From: Sphingopyxis sp.
GTDB taxonomy: Bacteria; Pseudomonadota; Alphaproteobacteria; Sphingomonadales; Sphingomonadaceae
NCBI RefSeq assembly: GCF_025869345.1
Contig: NZ_JAOZVW010000020.1
Location: 8,830 to 72,829, forward strand
Direction of reading: 5' to 3'
Length of the DNA: 64,000 bases
Under the pieces are notes generated by a model, which was not told the origin of the DNA, searched no databases, and was given only the letters and a program-made list of their open reading frames with translations. A program made the position numbers and the translations under genes. Of the stretch, positions 30,335 to 38,877 are shown one piece after another. Each line of letters opens with the position of its first letter. Position 1 is the stretch's first letter.

Positions 30335-32173
30335 ATGTCCAGCCCCGTCCCCGGCACAATTTATGCAGAGCGCCTTGCTCGCGTCCGCGCCGAACTCGCG
30401 AAGCGCGGCCTCGACGGCTTCGTCGTGCCGATCAGCGATGAGCATATGAGCGAATATGTCGGCGCCTATGCGCAGCGCATGGCATGGCTGACCGGCTTCG
30501 GCGGCTCGGCGGGGACCGCGGCGGTGCTGCCCGCGAAGGCCGCGGTGTTCGTCGACGGGCGCTACACGGTGCAGGTCCGCGATCAGGTCGATGGCGCGCT
30601 GTTCGACTATGTCGGCGTGCCGCAGTCGAGCGTCGCCGAATGGCTCGGCGCCAACGTCAGCGCGGGGCAGAAGGTCGGCTACGACCCGTGGCTCCACGGC
30701 ATCGACTGGGCGCGCGGGCTGGAGAAGGCGCTGGCGGCGAAGGGCGCGAGCCTCGTCGCGGTGGACAGCAATCCGATCGATGCCGCGTGGGACGACCAGC
30801 CGGCGCCGAGCGACGCGGCGGTCACGGTCTACGACACCAGCCTCGCCGGGCAGGCCGCGACCGACAAGCGCGCGATCATCGCCGACTGGCTGAAGGCGAA
30901 GGGGCTCGACACGACGGTGATGACCGCGCTCGATTCGATCGCCTGGACCTTCAACATTCGTGGGCAGGACGTCAGCCACACGCCGGTCGGGCTCGCATTC
31001 GCGCTGCTCCACGCCGATGCGACCGCCGACCTGTTCATCGCGCCCGAGAAGGTCACCGACGCGGTGCGCACGCATCTCGGCAACAGCGTCCGCATCCACG
31101 ACCGCGAAGCGTTCGAGGCGGCGCTCGCGGACCTCACGGGCAGGAAAGTGGCGGTCGACCCCGACCGCGCCGTCGCGGCGATCTTCACCGCGCTCGAAGG
31201 CGCAGGGGCGAAGATCGAACGCCATCGCGACCCCGCGGTGCTGCCCAAGGCGATCAAGAACGACACCGAACTCAGCGGCACCCGCGCGGCGCATGTCCGC
31301 GACGGGGTCGCGGTCGCGCGCTTCCTCCAATGGATGGAGGAGGTCGCGCCGCAGGGCGGCCTCGACGAACTCGGCGCGGCGGCGAAGCTGCGCGCGTTCC
31401 GCGACGACAGCGGCGCGCTTCGCGATCTGTCGTTCGACACCATTTCGGCCGCCGGCCCAAACGGCGCGCTGCCGCATTACAAGGTCGATGAGACGACCAA
31501 CCGGGCGATCGAGACGGGCACGCTCTATCTCGTCGATTCGGGCGGGCAATATGCCGACGGCACGACCGACATCACGCGCACGATCGCGATCGGCGCGCCG
31601 ACGCCCGAGATGCGCCGCCGCTTCACCCAGGTGCTGAAGGGCCATATCGCGCTCGCCACCGCGCGCTTTCCCAAGGGGACGCGCGGCAGCCAGCTCGACA
31701 TTCTCGCGCGGCAATATCTGTGGGCCGACGGGGTCGATTATGCGCACGGCACCGGCCACGGCGTCGGCGCCTATCTCGCGGTCCACGAAGGACCGCAGCG
31801 CATCGCGAAGCCCGCGGGCGGACAGGCGGGAACCGAGGAGCCGCTGCACGCGGGCATGATCCTCTCGAACGAGCCCGGCTATTACAAGGCGGGGCATTTC
31901 GGCATCCGCATCGAAAATCTCGTCGTTGTGGTGCCGCAGAGCATCGCGGGCGCCGAGGAGGATATGCTGGGGTTCGAGACGATCACCTTCGCGCCGATCG
32001 CGCGCGATCTCGTCGAGGTCGCATTGCTGTCGCCCGCCGAGGCCGACTGGCTCGACGCTTATCATGCCGAGGTGCTGGCAAAGCTGGGCGCCGGCATGGC
32101 GGGCGAGGAGCGCGAATGGCTCGCCGCCGCCTGCGCGCCGCTCGACCGCGCCCCCGCTGCGCTCGCCGCCTGA
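30335..32173 (+). CDS. M24 family Xaa-Pro aminopeptidase (aminopeptidase P)
   Basis: 612 aa. Metal-binding signature HGTGHGVGAYLAVHEGP and SNEPGYY. Confidence 0.9.
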   Translation: MSSPVPGTIYAERLARVRAELAKRGLDGFVVPISDEHMSEYVGAYAQRMAWLTGFGGSAGTAAVLPAKAAVFVDGRYTVQVRDQVDGALFDYVGVPQSSVAEWLGANVSAGQKVGYDPWLHGIDWARGLEKALAAKGASLVAVDSNPIDAAWDDQPAPSDAAVTVYDTSLAGQAATDKRAIIADWLKAKGLDTTVMTALDSIAWTFNIRGQDVSHTPVGLAFALLHADATADLFIAPEKVTDAVRTHLGNSVRIHDREAFEAALADLTGRKVAVDPDRAVAAIFTALEGAGAKIERHRDPAVLPKAIKNDTELSGTRAAHVRDGVAVARFLQWMEEVAPQGGLDELGAAAKLRAFRDDSGALRDLSFDTISAAGPNGALPHYKVDETTNRAIETGTLYLVDSGGQYADGTTDITRTIAIGAPTPEMRRRFTQVLKGHIALATARFPKGTRGSQLDILARQYLWADGVDYAHGTGHGVGAYLAVHEGPQRIAKPAGGQAGTEEPLHAGMILSNEPGYYKAGHFGIRIENLVVVVPQSIAGAEEDMLGFETITFAPIARDLVEVALLSPAEADWLDAYHAEVLAKLGAGMAGEEREWLAAACAPLDRAPAALAA

Positions 32174-32180
32174 GGCGGCG

Positions 32181-32630
32181 ATGGAGCAGATCCCACTCGA
32201 GGATTTCCGCGTCCGCGAGACGGTACGCGTCCGTTTCAACGAGATCGACGGTCAGAATATCGTCTTCAACGCCAATTATCTGGTCTATGCCGACATCGGC
32301 GTGACCGAATATTTCCGCGCGCTCGGCGAGGGGCAGCCCGGCCCCTATTTTCACCAATATGGTACAGACATCCGCGAAACCCATTGCGAGATCGCCTATC
32401 ATGCTACCGCGCGACTCGACGAGTTGATCACGATCGCGGCGCGGATCAGCGGCTTCGGGCGGACGAGCTTCACGCTGCATTGCGGGATTTTCCGCGGGGG
32501 GGAGCGGCTGACCGACATAGAGATCCGCTATGCCCATATCGACAGCGATAGCGGCCAGCCGACCCCGCTTCCGGGCAGCTTCATCGCCGAGGTGCGGCGA
32601 TTCGAGACGCGGGTGCCGGTGCAGGATTGA
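32181..32630 (+). CDS. 4HBT/YbgC-like acyl-CoA thioesterase
   Basis: 149 aa. VRFNEIDGQNIVFNANYLVY is a typical hot-dog fold thioesterase N-terminus. Confidence 0.8.
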   Translation: MEQIPLEDFRVRETVRVRFNEIDGQNIVFNANYLVYADIGVTEYFRALGEGQPGPYFHQYGTDIRETHCEIAYHATARLDELITIAARISGFGRTSFTLHCGIFRGGERLTDIEIRYAHIDSDSGQPTPLPGSFIAEVRRFETRVPVQD

Positions 32631-32713
32631 AGGCAGTTCATCGCCCCAAAGGCGCTTTTCACCTGCATCCCCTAGTCATCGGTTATGGCGTGAGAGTTAG
32701 GCTTTCTCACCGT

Positions 32714-32790
32714 CGTCACCCCGGACTTGATCCGGGGTTCATTCAGGTCAGCGTTGAGAGGATGGATTCCGGATCAAGTCCGGAATGACG
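32714..32790. repeat. palindromic intergenic repeat, family A
   Basis: CGTCACCCCGGACTTGATCCGGGGTTC ... GGATTCCGGATCAAGTCCGGAATGACG. Confidence 0.9.
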
Positions 32791-32884
32791 ATGGTACATG
32801 GGTCAAATCAACCCGCCCCGGCCAAAAAATTCTGCGGCGATTCGCTGAAACGAACCGAATCGACCCTCTCAACCAAAAAAGTCG

Positions 32885-32985
32885 AAAAAAAGGGCCGCCC
32901 GAAGGCGACCCTTGAAAGTTTTTGGGAGAGGATGCCTAAAAGGCAAGTGTGATATTGCACTGCACAATGAATTTCGCAACTGCGA
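32885..32985 (-). ncRNA. candidate small RNA (about 95 nt) with CCUCUCCC motif and intrinsic terminator
   Basis: Minus strand: TTGCAA-N17-GCTTAT promoter-like boxes (33015-32987), small hairpins, single-stranded UCCUCUCCCAAAA (32932-32921), then GGGUCGCCUUCGGGCGGCCC plus U7 (32911-32885). No convincing ORF. Confidence 0.3.
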
Positions 32986-33104
32986 AATAAGCATCCGCAA
33001 TTGCATTTTTTGCAATCGTAAGCGCTTTCCCTCTCTATCGTGCGCAATCGGCATCGCGATATGGAGCGCTCGCAATATCGATCGACATCCCCTAAATTGG
33101 GGCC

Positions 33105-33584
33105 ATGCGAATGTTCAATAAAGTGGATGTCACCGGCGGCCTCAGCGATTTCTGGGGCTATATCCGCGAACCGCGCCCGCACCGCTGGGCAATCTGGGGC
33201 GTCGCGATCGCGCTGACATGGGTCATTTTCCACGGCGTCTCGGAATATCTGATCCCCTATGAGAAGCCCAAGGCGCAGATCATCTATTTCGAAAATTGGA
33301 AGGCGACGCGAAGCGAGGGCGAGATTCGCGCCGACTGGGTCGCGCGGGCGAAGGAGACGACGCGCCTCAACGCCGAAAAGCGCGCCGAATATCAGCGACT
33401 CGCGAAAAGTCTGGGGGTCGATTATGATTCGACCGAAGCCGACCGGGTAACGCGCGAGACGTTGGGCGACGCCGCAGCGGCGGCCGCGATGAAAAAGCCC
33501 GAGCCTGTCAGAACGCGCTCGACGCTAGCCGAACGCGCGGCGCGCGGGCCGCAATCCGCGCCTGCGGGACAAAGCCAGCCCTGA
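33105..33584 (+). CDS. hypothetical single-pass membrane protein, translationally coupled to ribD
   Basis: 159 aa, one TM helix (WAIWGVAIALTWVIFHGV), high GC3. Its stop overlaps the ribD ATG (TGATG). Confidence 0.6.
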   Translation: MRMFNKVDVTGGLSDFWGYIREPRPHRWAIWGVAIALTWVIFHGVSEYLIPYEKPKAQIIYFENWKATRSEGEIRADWVARAKETTRLNAEKRAEYQRLAKSLGVDYDSTEADRVTRETLGDAAAAAAMKKPEPVRTRSTLAERAARGPQSAPAGQSQP

Positions 33585-34561
33585 TGCGGCTTGCGCCGCC
33601 AACCGACGCCGACTGGATGGCCGCCGCGATCGCGCTGTCGCGGCGCGGGCGCCCGTCTGCGGCGCCCAACCCCAATGTCGGCTGCCTGATCGTCAAAGGC
33701 TGCAAGGTGGTCGCGCGCGGCTGGACCCAGGCCGGCGGCCGCCCGCACGCCGAAGCGGTCGCGCTGGCGGCGGCGGGGGACGCCGCGCGCGGCGCGACCG
33801 CCTATGTCAGTCTCGAACCCTGCGCGCACGCCAGCGACCGCGGCCCGGCGTGCAGCGACCTGCTGGTCGCAGCCGGGGTCGCGCGCATCGTGATCGCGGC
33901 GCAGGACCCCGATCCGCGCACCGACGGCGCCGGAATCGCCCGGCTGCGCGCGGCGGGGATCGAGGTCGTCGAGGGCGTGCTGCCCGCCGAGGCGCGCGCC
34001 GCGATGGCGCCGTGGTGGACGCGGCGGCGCGCGGGGCGGCCCTTCGTGACGCTGAAGCTCGCCACCTCGCTCGACGGCTGCATCGCGATGGCCGACGGCG
34101 CGAGCCGCTGGATCACCGGCGACCGCGCGCGCGCGCACGGGCATCTGGAACGCGCGATGCATCAGGCGATCCTCGTCGGGCGCGGGACGTTCGCGGCCGA
34201 CGCGCCGCGGCTCGACGTGCGGTTGCCGGGACTCGAAGCGCGCAGCCCACACAAATTGCTGCTGACGTCGGGGACGGCGCCCGAAGGATGGACCGCTGTT
34301 GCGTCGCCCGATGCGATCGACGGCGTCGATTCGGTGCTGGTCGAGGGCGGGGCGAGCGCCGCCGCGGCCTTTCTCGCCGCCGACCGCGTCGACCGGCTGC
34401 TCCTCTATCGCGCGCCGATCCTGATCGGCGGCGGCAAAGCCGCGCTCGGCGACATCGGCCTGACCGATCTGGCCGCGGCGCACGGCCGCTGGCGCCTCGC
34501 CGACAGCCGGATGCTTGGCAGCGACCGGCTCGACGTCTACGAGCGGGTGCGAAGGGATTAA
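33584..34561 (+). CDS. ribD: bifunctional riboflavin biosynthesis deaminase/reductase
   Basis: Deaminase zinc motifs (RPHAEAVAL, LEPCAHASDRGPACS) followed by a reductase domain (FVTLKLATSLDG). Confidence 0.93.
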   Translation: MRLAPPTDADWMAAAIALSRRGRPSAAPNPNVGCLIVKGCKVVARGWTQAGGRPHAEAVALAAAGDAARGATAYVSLEPCAHASDRGPACSDLLVAAGVARIVIAAQDPDPRTDGAGIARLRAAGIEVVEGVLPAEARAAMAPWWTRRRAGRPFVTLKLATSLDGCIAMADGASRWITGDRARAHGHLERAMHQAILVGRGTFAADAPRLDVRLPGLEARSPHKLLLTSGTAPEGWTAVASPDAIDGVDSVLVEGGASAAAAFLAADRVDRLLLYRAPILIGGGKAALGDIGLTDLAAAHGRWRLADSRMLGSDRLDVYERVRRD

Positions 34562-34568
34562 GGCTTCT

Positions 34569-35195
34569 ATGTTCACCGGCATCATCACCGACATCGGCAC
34601 CATATTGACCCACGAGGATCGCGGCGACACCCGGCTCGTCATCGGCACGCGCTACGATGTGGGCGGCATCGACCTCGGCGCGTCGATCGCCTGTTCGGGG
34701 GCGTGCCTGACCGTCGTCGATAAGGGCGTCGATGCGGGCAGCAACGGTCCGGGCGGCTGGTTCGCGATCGACGCGAGCGCCGAAACGCTCGCGCGCACCG
34801 CGCCGGGGATGTGGGACGCGGGGCGCCGCCTCAACCTCGAACGCGCGCTGCGCGTCGGCGACGAACTCGGCGGCCATATCGTCACCGGCCATGTCGATGC
34901 GGTGGGGCGGATCGTCGCGGTCGAGCCGGTGGGCGACAGCGTCAAGCTGACGGTCGAAACGCCCGCGTCGCTTGCGCCGCATATCGCGCCCAAGGGCTCG
35001 ATCACCCTCGATGGCGTGTCGCTGACGGTCAACGAGGTGATCGATCAGCCGGACGGCACTGCGCATTTCACGCTCAACATCATCCCGCATACGCAGGAGA
35101 TGACGACGCTGAATGAAGCCGCGGCGGGGCGGCCGGTCAATCTGGAGATCGATGTCCTCGCTCGCTATCTGGCGCGGATGCAGGCGCGGGGATAA
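34569..35195 (+). CDS. ribE: riboflavin synthase (alpha chain)
   Basis: MFTGIITDIGTI... and the internal repeat ...GHIVTGHVD... are typical of riboflavin synthase. Confidence 0.93.
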   Translation: MFTGIITDIGTILTHEDRGDTRLVIGTRYDVGGIDLGASIACSGACLTVVDKGVDAGSNGPGGWFAIDASAETLARTAPGMWDAGRRLNLERALRVGDELGGHIVTGHVDAVGRIVAVEPVGDSVKLTVETPASLAPHIAPKGSITLDGVSLTVNEVIDQPDGTAHFTLNIIPHTQEMTTLNEAAAGRPVNLEIDVLARYLARMQARG

Positions 35196-35197
35196 TT

Positions 35198-35483
35198 GGG
35201 TTCACGCGAAGACGCGAAGGCGCGAAGAGGTGGGCTTGGGTCGAATGGCTACGCTGCGGCTAAAGCGCGATCATTTTGGATTGAAAAGCCGTGTTCCCCC
35301 GCGAAGGCGGGGGTCCATCTTCCGCTGGCGCCATTTTGAACCGACCGGAGATGGGTCCCCGCCTTCGCGGGGACGCACAGATGTTTTCAATCCAAGATGA
35401 TCGCGCTCTAATCGTGACGGGCAAGGAGAAGGCCGCTTCGCGGCAAGCGTAACCTCTTCGCGCCTTCGCGTCTTCGCGTGAAA
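35198..35483. repeat. three-level nested repeat: F arms > middle inverted repeat > family C copy
   Basis: F arms 35198-35229 / 35453-35483 (TTCACGCGAAGACGCGAAGGCGCGAAGAGG and complement). Middle IR 35265-35288 / 35384-35406 (GCGCGATCATTTTGGATTGAAAA). Family C copy at 35291-35379. Confidence 0.85.
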
Positions 35484-35488
35484 TTCTT

Positions 35489-35959
35489 TCAGACGCCCTC
35501 GCTCCATGGCCCCGCCAGTTCGGGATCCGCCACGATCATCGAGCGGCGCATTGCGAGGCGGCCGATGCGGAGCAGTTCGGCCTTGCGGCGGGCGGGGGCG
35601 AGATTGCAACTCGCCGCTTCGCGGACTACCGCGGCGCCATAGCGGTCGGCGACGATCAGCCCCGAGCTTTCGGGGCGATAGCCCTCGGTTTCGAGGATCG
35701 CGGGGTCGAGCCCCGCGGCGAGCGCCCAATAGAAGCGGTCGCACCAGTCGCAATAGTCGGGCCATTTGCCGTCGCCGTGCAGGTCGGCGCGGCTGACCTT
35801 GATCTCGACGATCGTGATGTTGCCCCGCGCGTCGATCGCGGTGAGGTCGGTGCGGCGGCCGTTGGGCAGCGTCACCTCGGGGATTGCGACCAGCCCCTGC
35901 TGCGCGAACAGCCGGCATACGCCGCGCGCGACATCCGCGGCGGTGAGCGGGCCGCTCAT
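35489..35959 (-). CDS. mmcB: MmcB-like DNA repair protein (PD-(D/E)xK nuclease fold)
   Basis: 156 aa. ...GRRTDLTAIDARGNITIVEIKVSRADL... resembles the alphaproteobacterial MmcB family. Confidence 0.75.
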   Translation of the reverse strand: MSGPLTAADVARGVCRLFAQQGLVAIPEVTLPNGRRTDLTAIDARGNITIVEIKVSRADLHGDGKWPDYCDWCDRFYWALAAGLDPAILETEGYRPESSGLIVADRYGAAVVREAASCNLAPARRKAELLRIGRLAMRRSMIVADPELAGPWSEGV

Positions 35960-35976
35960 CGTTCGATTTCAACCGC

Positions 35977-36078
35977 ATCCCCGAGCGAAGCCGAGGGGCT
36001 TGTTCGAGCGTAGCGAGAACCCACACCGTCGCTGGCCTCGACTTCGCTCGGCAGGGCCCCTCGGCTTCGCTCGGGGAG
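35977..36078. repeat. palindromic intergenic repeat, family E
   Basis: ATCCCCGAGCGAAGCCGAGGGGCTTGTTCGAGCGTAGCGAGAAC...GCCCCTCGGCTTCGCTCGGGGA. Near-identical copy at 47863-47966. Confidence 0.9.
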
Positions 36079-36111
36079 GCGGCTTATCGTTCGCACGGGG
36101 TGTTCCGGACC

Positions 36112-36663
36112 TCAGAACGGGACGTCGTCGTCCAGATCGTCGTCGAAGGGGGGACGGCTGCCGCCGCCCGAACCGCCGCCGCCCTGGTTCCAGCCGCCGC
36201 CCGAGCTGCCGCTCCCGGACGCGCCGCCCTGATCCCAGCCGCCGCTCGATCCTCCCGAGCCGCCGCCCTGGCCCCAGCTATCGCCGCCGCCGCGCGAACC
36301 GCCGCCGCCCGGCGCGCCGTCGAGCATGGTGAGGGTGCCGCCCATGCCCGCGATCACGACCTCGGTCGTATAGCGGTCGTTGCCGTCGCGGTCCTGCCAT
36401 TTGCGGGTACGAAGCGAGCCTTCGATATAAACCTTCGAGCCCTTTTTGAGGTAGCGCTCGACGACGCCGACCAGCCCTTCGCCGTTGATCACGACATTAT
36501 GCCATTCGGTGCGCTCCTTGCGCTCGCCGGTCATCCGGTCCTTCCAGTTTTCGCTGGTCGCGATGCGGATATTGGCGATCTTGCCGCCGTTCTGGAACGA
36601 CTTGATTTCGGGATCGGCACCCAGATTGCCGATGAGAATTACCTTGTTGACGCTGCCAGCCAT
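36112..36663 (-). CDS. ssb: single-stranded DNA-binding protein
   Basis: OB fold ([19 protein letters not shown]...TEWHNVV), Gly-rich linker, and an acidic tip [10 protein letters not shown]. Confidence 0.96.
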   Translation of the reverse strand: MAGSVNKVILIGNLGADPEIKSFQNGGKIANIRIATSENWKDRMTGERKERTEWHNVVINGEGLVGVVERYLKKGSKVYIEGSLRTRKWQDRDGNDRYTTEVVIAGMGGTLTMLDGAPGGGGSRGGGDSWGQGGGSGGSSGGWDQGGASGSGSSGGGWNQGGGGSGGGSRPPFDDDLDDDVPF

Positions 36664-36695
36664 CGCCGCTCCGCTCCGCTAGAAAGTTGGGAGGA

Positions 36696-38561
36696 TCAGC
36701 CGAGTCCGAAGGCGACGGCCGTCCAGTAGGTGATACCAGCAGCGGCATAGGCGAGTGCGAACAAATAGCCAACCATGAACAGCGGCCATTTCCACCCGTT
36801 GGTCTCGCGCCGGGTGATCGCGATCGTCGAGATGCATTGCGGCGCGAAGACGAACCAGGCGAGGAAGGCGAGCGCGGTGGCGAGGCTCCAGCGGCCCTGC
36901 AGCCGCTCGCCGAGCGACATCGCTACCGCCTCCTCGTCATCGCCGGCATCGATCGCATTGGCGGTGGCGAGCGCGGAGACCGCGACCTCGCGCGCCGCCA
37001 TCGCCGGGATCAGCGCCAGCGCGATGTCGTGGTTGAAGCCGATCGGCCTCACGACGGCCTCCAGCCCGCTCGCGATATGGCCAGCGACGCTGTAGTCGAC
37101 CTGGCGCACGTCGCTGTCCGCGGGTGCCTTGGGGAAGCTCAGCAGCAGCCATAGCACCACCGTCGTCATCGCGATGATCGTGCCCGCGCGGCGCAGGAAG
37201 ATCCACGCGCGCTGCCACAGCGCGAGGCCGATGTCGCGCGCGCGCGGCCATTGATAGCGCGGCATCTCCATCATAAAGCCCGCGGCATTGCCCTTGGTCA
37301 CCGAACGGCGGAGGACCCAGGCGACGAGCAGCGCGCCAACGATGCCGCTGAGGAACAGGCCGAAGAGGACGAGGCCCTGCAGTCCGACAGGCGAGCCGCC
37401 GACGGTTCGTGCGGGAATGAAGGCGCCGATGACCAGCGTGTAGACGGGCATCCGCGCCGAACAGGTCATCAGCGGCGCGATCAGGATCGTCGTGAGCCGG
37501 TCCTTCTCGTCGGGGATCGACCGCGTCGCCATGATCCCGGGCACCGCGCAGGCGAAGCTGGAGAGCAAGGGAATGAAGCCGCGCCCCGACAGCCCCACTT
37601 TGCCCATCAGTCCGTCCATCAGGAAGGCGGCGCGGGTCATATAGCCCGACGCCTCGAGCAGCAGGATGAAGAGGAAGAGGATCAATATCTGCGGCAGGAA
37701 GACGATCACCGCGCCGACGCCCGCGAGCAGCCCCTCGACGATCAGCCCGCGCAGGAAACCGTCGGGCAGGACGTCGACGACCCAGCCCTGCAGCACGCCG
37801 ATGCCGCCTTCGAGGAAGTCGGCGGGGGCTTCGGCGGCGGCATAGACCGCCTGAAACATCACGAACATCAGCGCGAGCAGGATGACGAGCCCGGCGACCG
37901 GGTGGAGCACGACCGAATCGACGCGCTGGGTCCAGCGCCGCACCGGCGTTTCGTCGACCGTCGCGGCGCGCGCGATCGCGCGGGCACGCTGGTGGAGTGA
38001 AGCATCGTTCGGCGGCGGCGCCACCGCGACGCGCGGCTGGTGTGTAGCGATCGCGCCGTCGATCGCGGCGAGCAGTTCGGCGAGGCCGCGCTTGCGCACC
38101 GCGACGGTCGGGACGACGGGAACGCCGAGTTCGCGCGACAACCGTTCGGGATCGAGCGTCAGCCCGTCGCGTGTCGCAAGGTCGAGCATGTTGAGCGCGA
38201 TCACCGTCGGCAGCCCGAGCGCGAGCAATTCTAGCGCGAAGCAGAGATGATTGTCGAGGTTGGCGGCATCGACGACGACGACCAGCGCGTCGGGCCGCGT
38301 CTCGCCCGCCTGCTTGCCGAGCACGACATCGCGCGTCACCGCCTCGTCGAGGCTCGCGGGGGTCAGGCTGTAGGTGCCGGGAAGGTCGATCAGCGACAGC
38401 GGGCGGCCGTCGGCGAAGCTCGCATGGCCTGCCTTCCGCTCGACCGTGACGCCGGGATAGTTGGCGATCTTCTGCCGCGCGCCGGTCAGCGCGTTGAACA
38501 GGCTCGACTTGCCGGCATTGGGATTGCCGACGAGGGCGATGGAGGGGATGGCGCTGGTCAT
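36696..38561 (-). CDS. feoB: ferrous iron transporter FeoB
   Basis: N-terminal G domain (GNPNAGKSSLFN, DLPGTYS) followed by a polytopic membrane domain. Confidence 0.93.
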   Translation of the reverse strand: MTSAIPSIALVGNPNAGKSSLFNALTGARQKIANYPGVTVERKAGHASFADGRPLSLIDLPGTYSLTPASLDEAVTRDVVLGKQAGETRPDALVVVVDAANLDNHLCFALELLALGLPTVIALNMLDLATRDGLTLDPERLSRELGVPVVPTVAVRKRGLAELLAAIDGAIATHQPRVAVAPPPNDASLHQRARAIARAATVDETPVRRWTQRVDSVVLHPVAGLVILLALMFVMFQAVYAAAEAPADFLEGGIGVLQGWVVDVLPDGFLRGLIVEGLLAGVGAVIVFLPQILILFLFILLLEASGYMTRAAFLMDGLMGKVGLSGRGFIPLLSSFACAVPGIMATRSIPDEKDRLTTILIAPLMTCSARMPVYTLVIGAFIPARTVGGSPVGLQGLVLFGLFLSGIVGALLVAWVLRRSVTKGNAAGFMMEMPRYQWPRARDIGLALWQRAWIFLRRAGTIIAMTTVVLWLLLSFPKAPADSDVRQVDYSVAGHIASGLEAVVRPIGFNHDIALALIPAMAAREVAVSALATANAIDAGDDEEAVAMSLGERLQGRWSLATALAFLAWFVFAPQCISTIAITRRETNGWKWPLFMVGYLFALAYAAAGITYWTAVAFGLG

Positions 38562-38571
38562 ATCATGCGTT

Positions 38572-38820
38572 TCATGCGGCCGGTTCGACCTCGATCGCCG
38601 CGGCCTGCCGCGCGCGGATGATCACCTGCATCCGCCCGATCGTCAGCGCGAGCGGGTCGCGCGAAAAAATGCTGCCGCGATGGCGCGGCGTGACCTCGCA
38701 CCCTTCGAGCAGCCCGAATTCGCGCAGCCGCCGCCCTTCGTCCTGCGACATGGCGGCCCAGTCGATGCGGGCGATGCGCACCGAAATGCCGAGCGGCGAG
38801 GAATCGAGCTTCGCGATCAT
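38572..38820 (-). CDS. feoA: FeoA family protein
   Basis: 82-aa SH3-like protein directly upstream of feoB (LREFGLLEGCEVTPRHRG). Confidence 0.85.
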   Translation of the reverse strand: MIAKLDSSPLGISVRIARIDWAAMSQDEGRRLREFGLLEGCEVTPRHRGSIFSRDPLALTIGRMQVIIRARQAAAIEVEPAA

Positions 38821-38828
38821 TTGCGAGC

Positions 38829-38843
38829 GATTATCAATAACAG
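38829..38843. promoter_or_regulatory. Fur-box-like AT-rich site upstream of feoA
   Basis: GATTATCAATAACAG (reverse strand TTATTGATAATC) partly resembles the GATAATGATAATCATTATC consensus. Lies 9-23 nt upstream of the feoA start. Confidence 0.3.
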
Positions 38844-38877
38844 CAGACGAACGCCAGCCCTGTTTGCAAATTGCGGC

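Noticed and set aside
30266-32239. 657-aa ORF on the - strand
   Set aside because: It is antisense to the M24 aminopeptidase P gene and has no motifs of its own.
32791-33104. FMN riboswitch expected upstream of riboflavin genes (also checked 45104-45196)
   Set aside because: I could not find the conserved FMN-element core segments (for example AGGATAGTCCGCGGGG..., ...CCCGCCGACGGT..., ...AGTCCGGATG...) by eye in either leader. A covariance-model scan is still needed to exclude one formally.
36118-36340. Repetitive GGC/GCC-rich DNA
   Set aside because: It encodes the normal Gly-rich flexible linker of SSB ([24 protein letters not shown]...), not a non-coding repeat.
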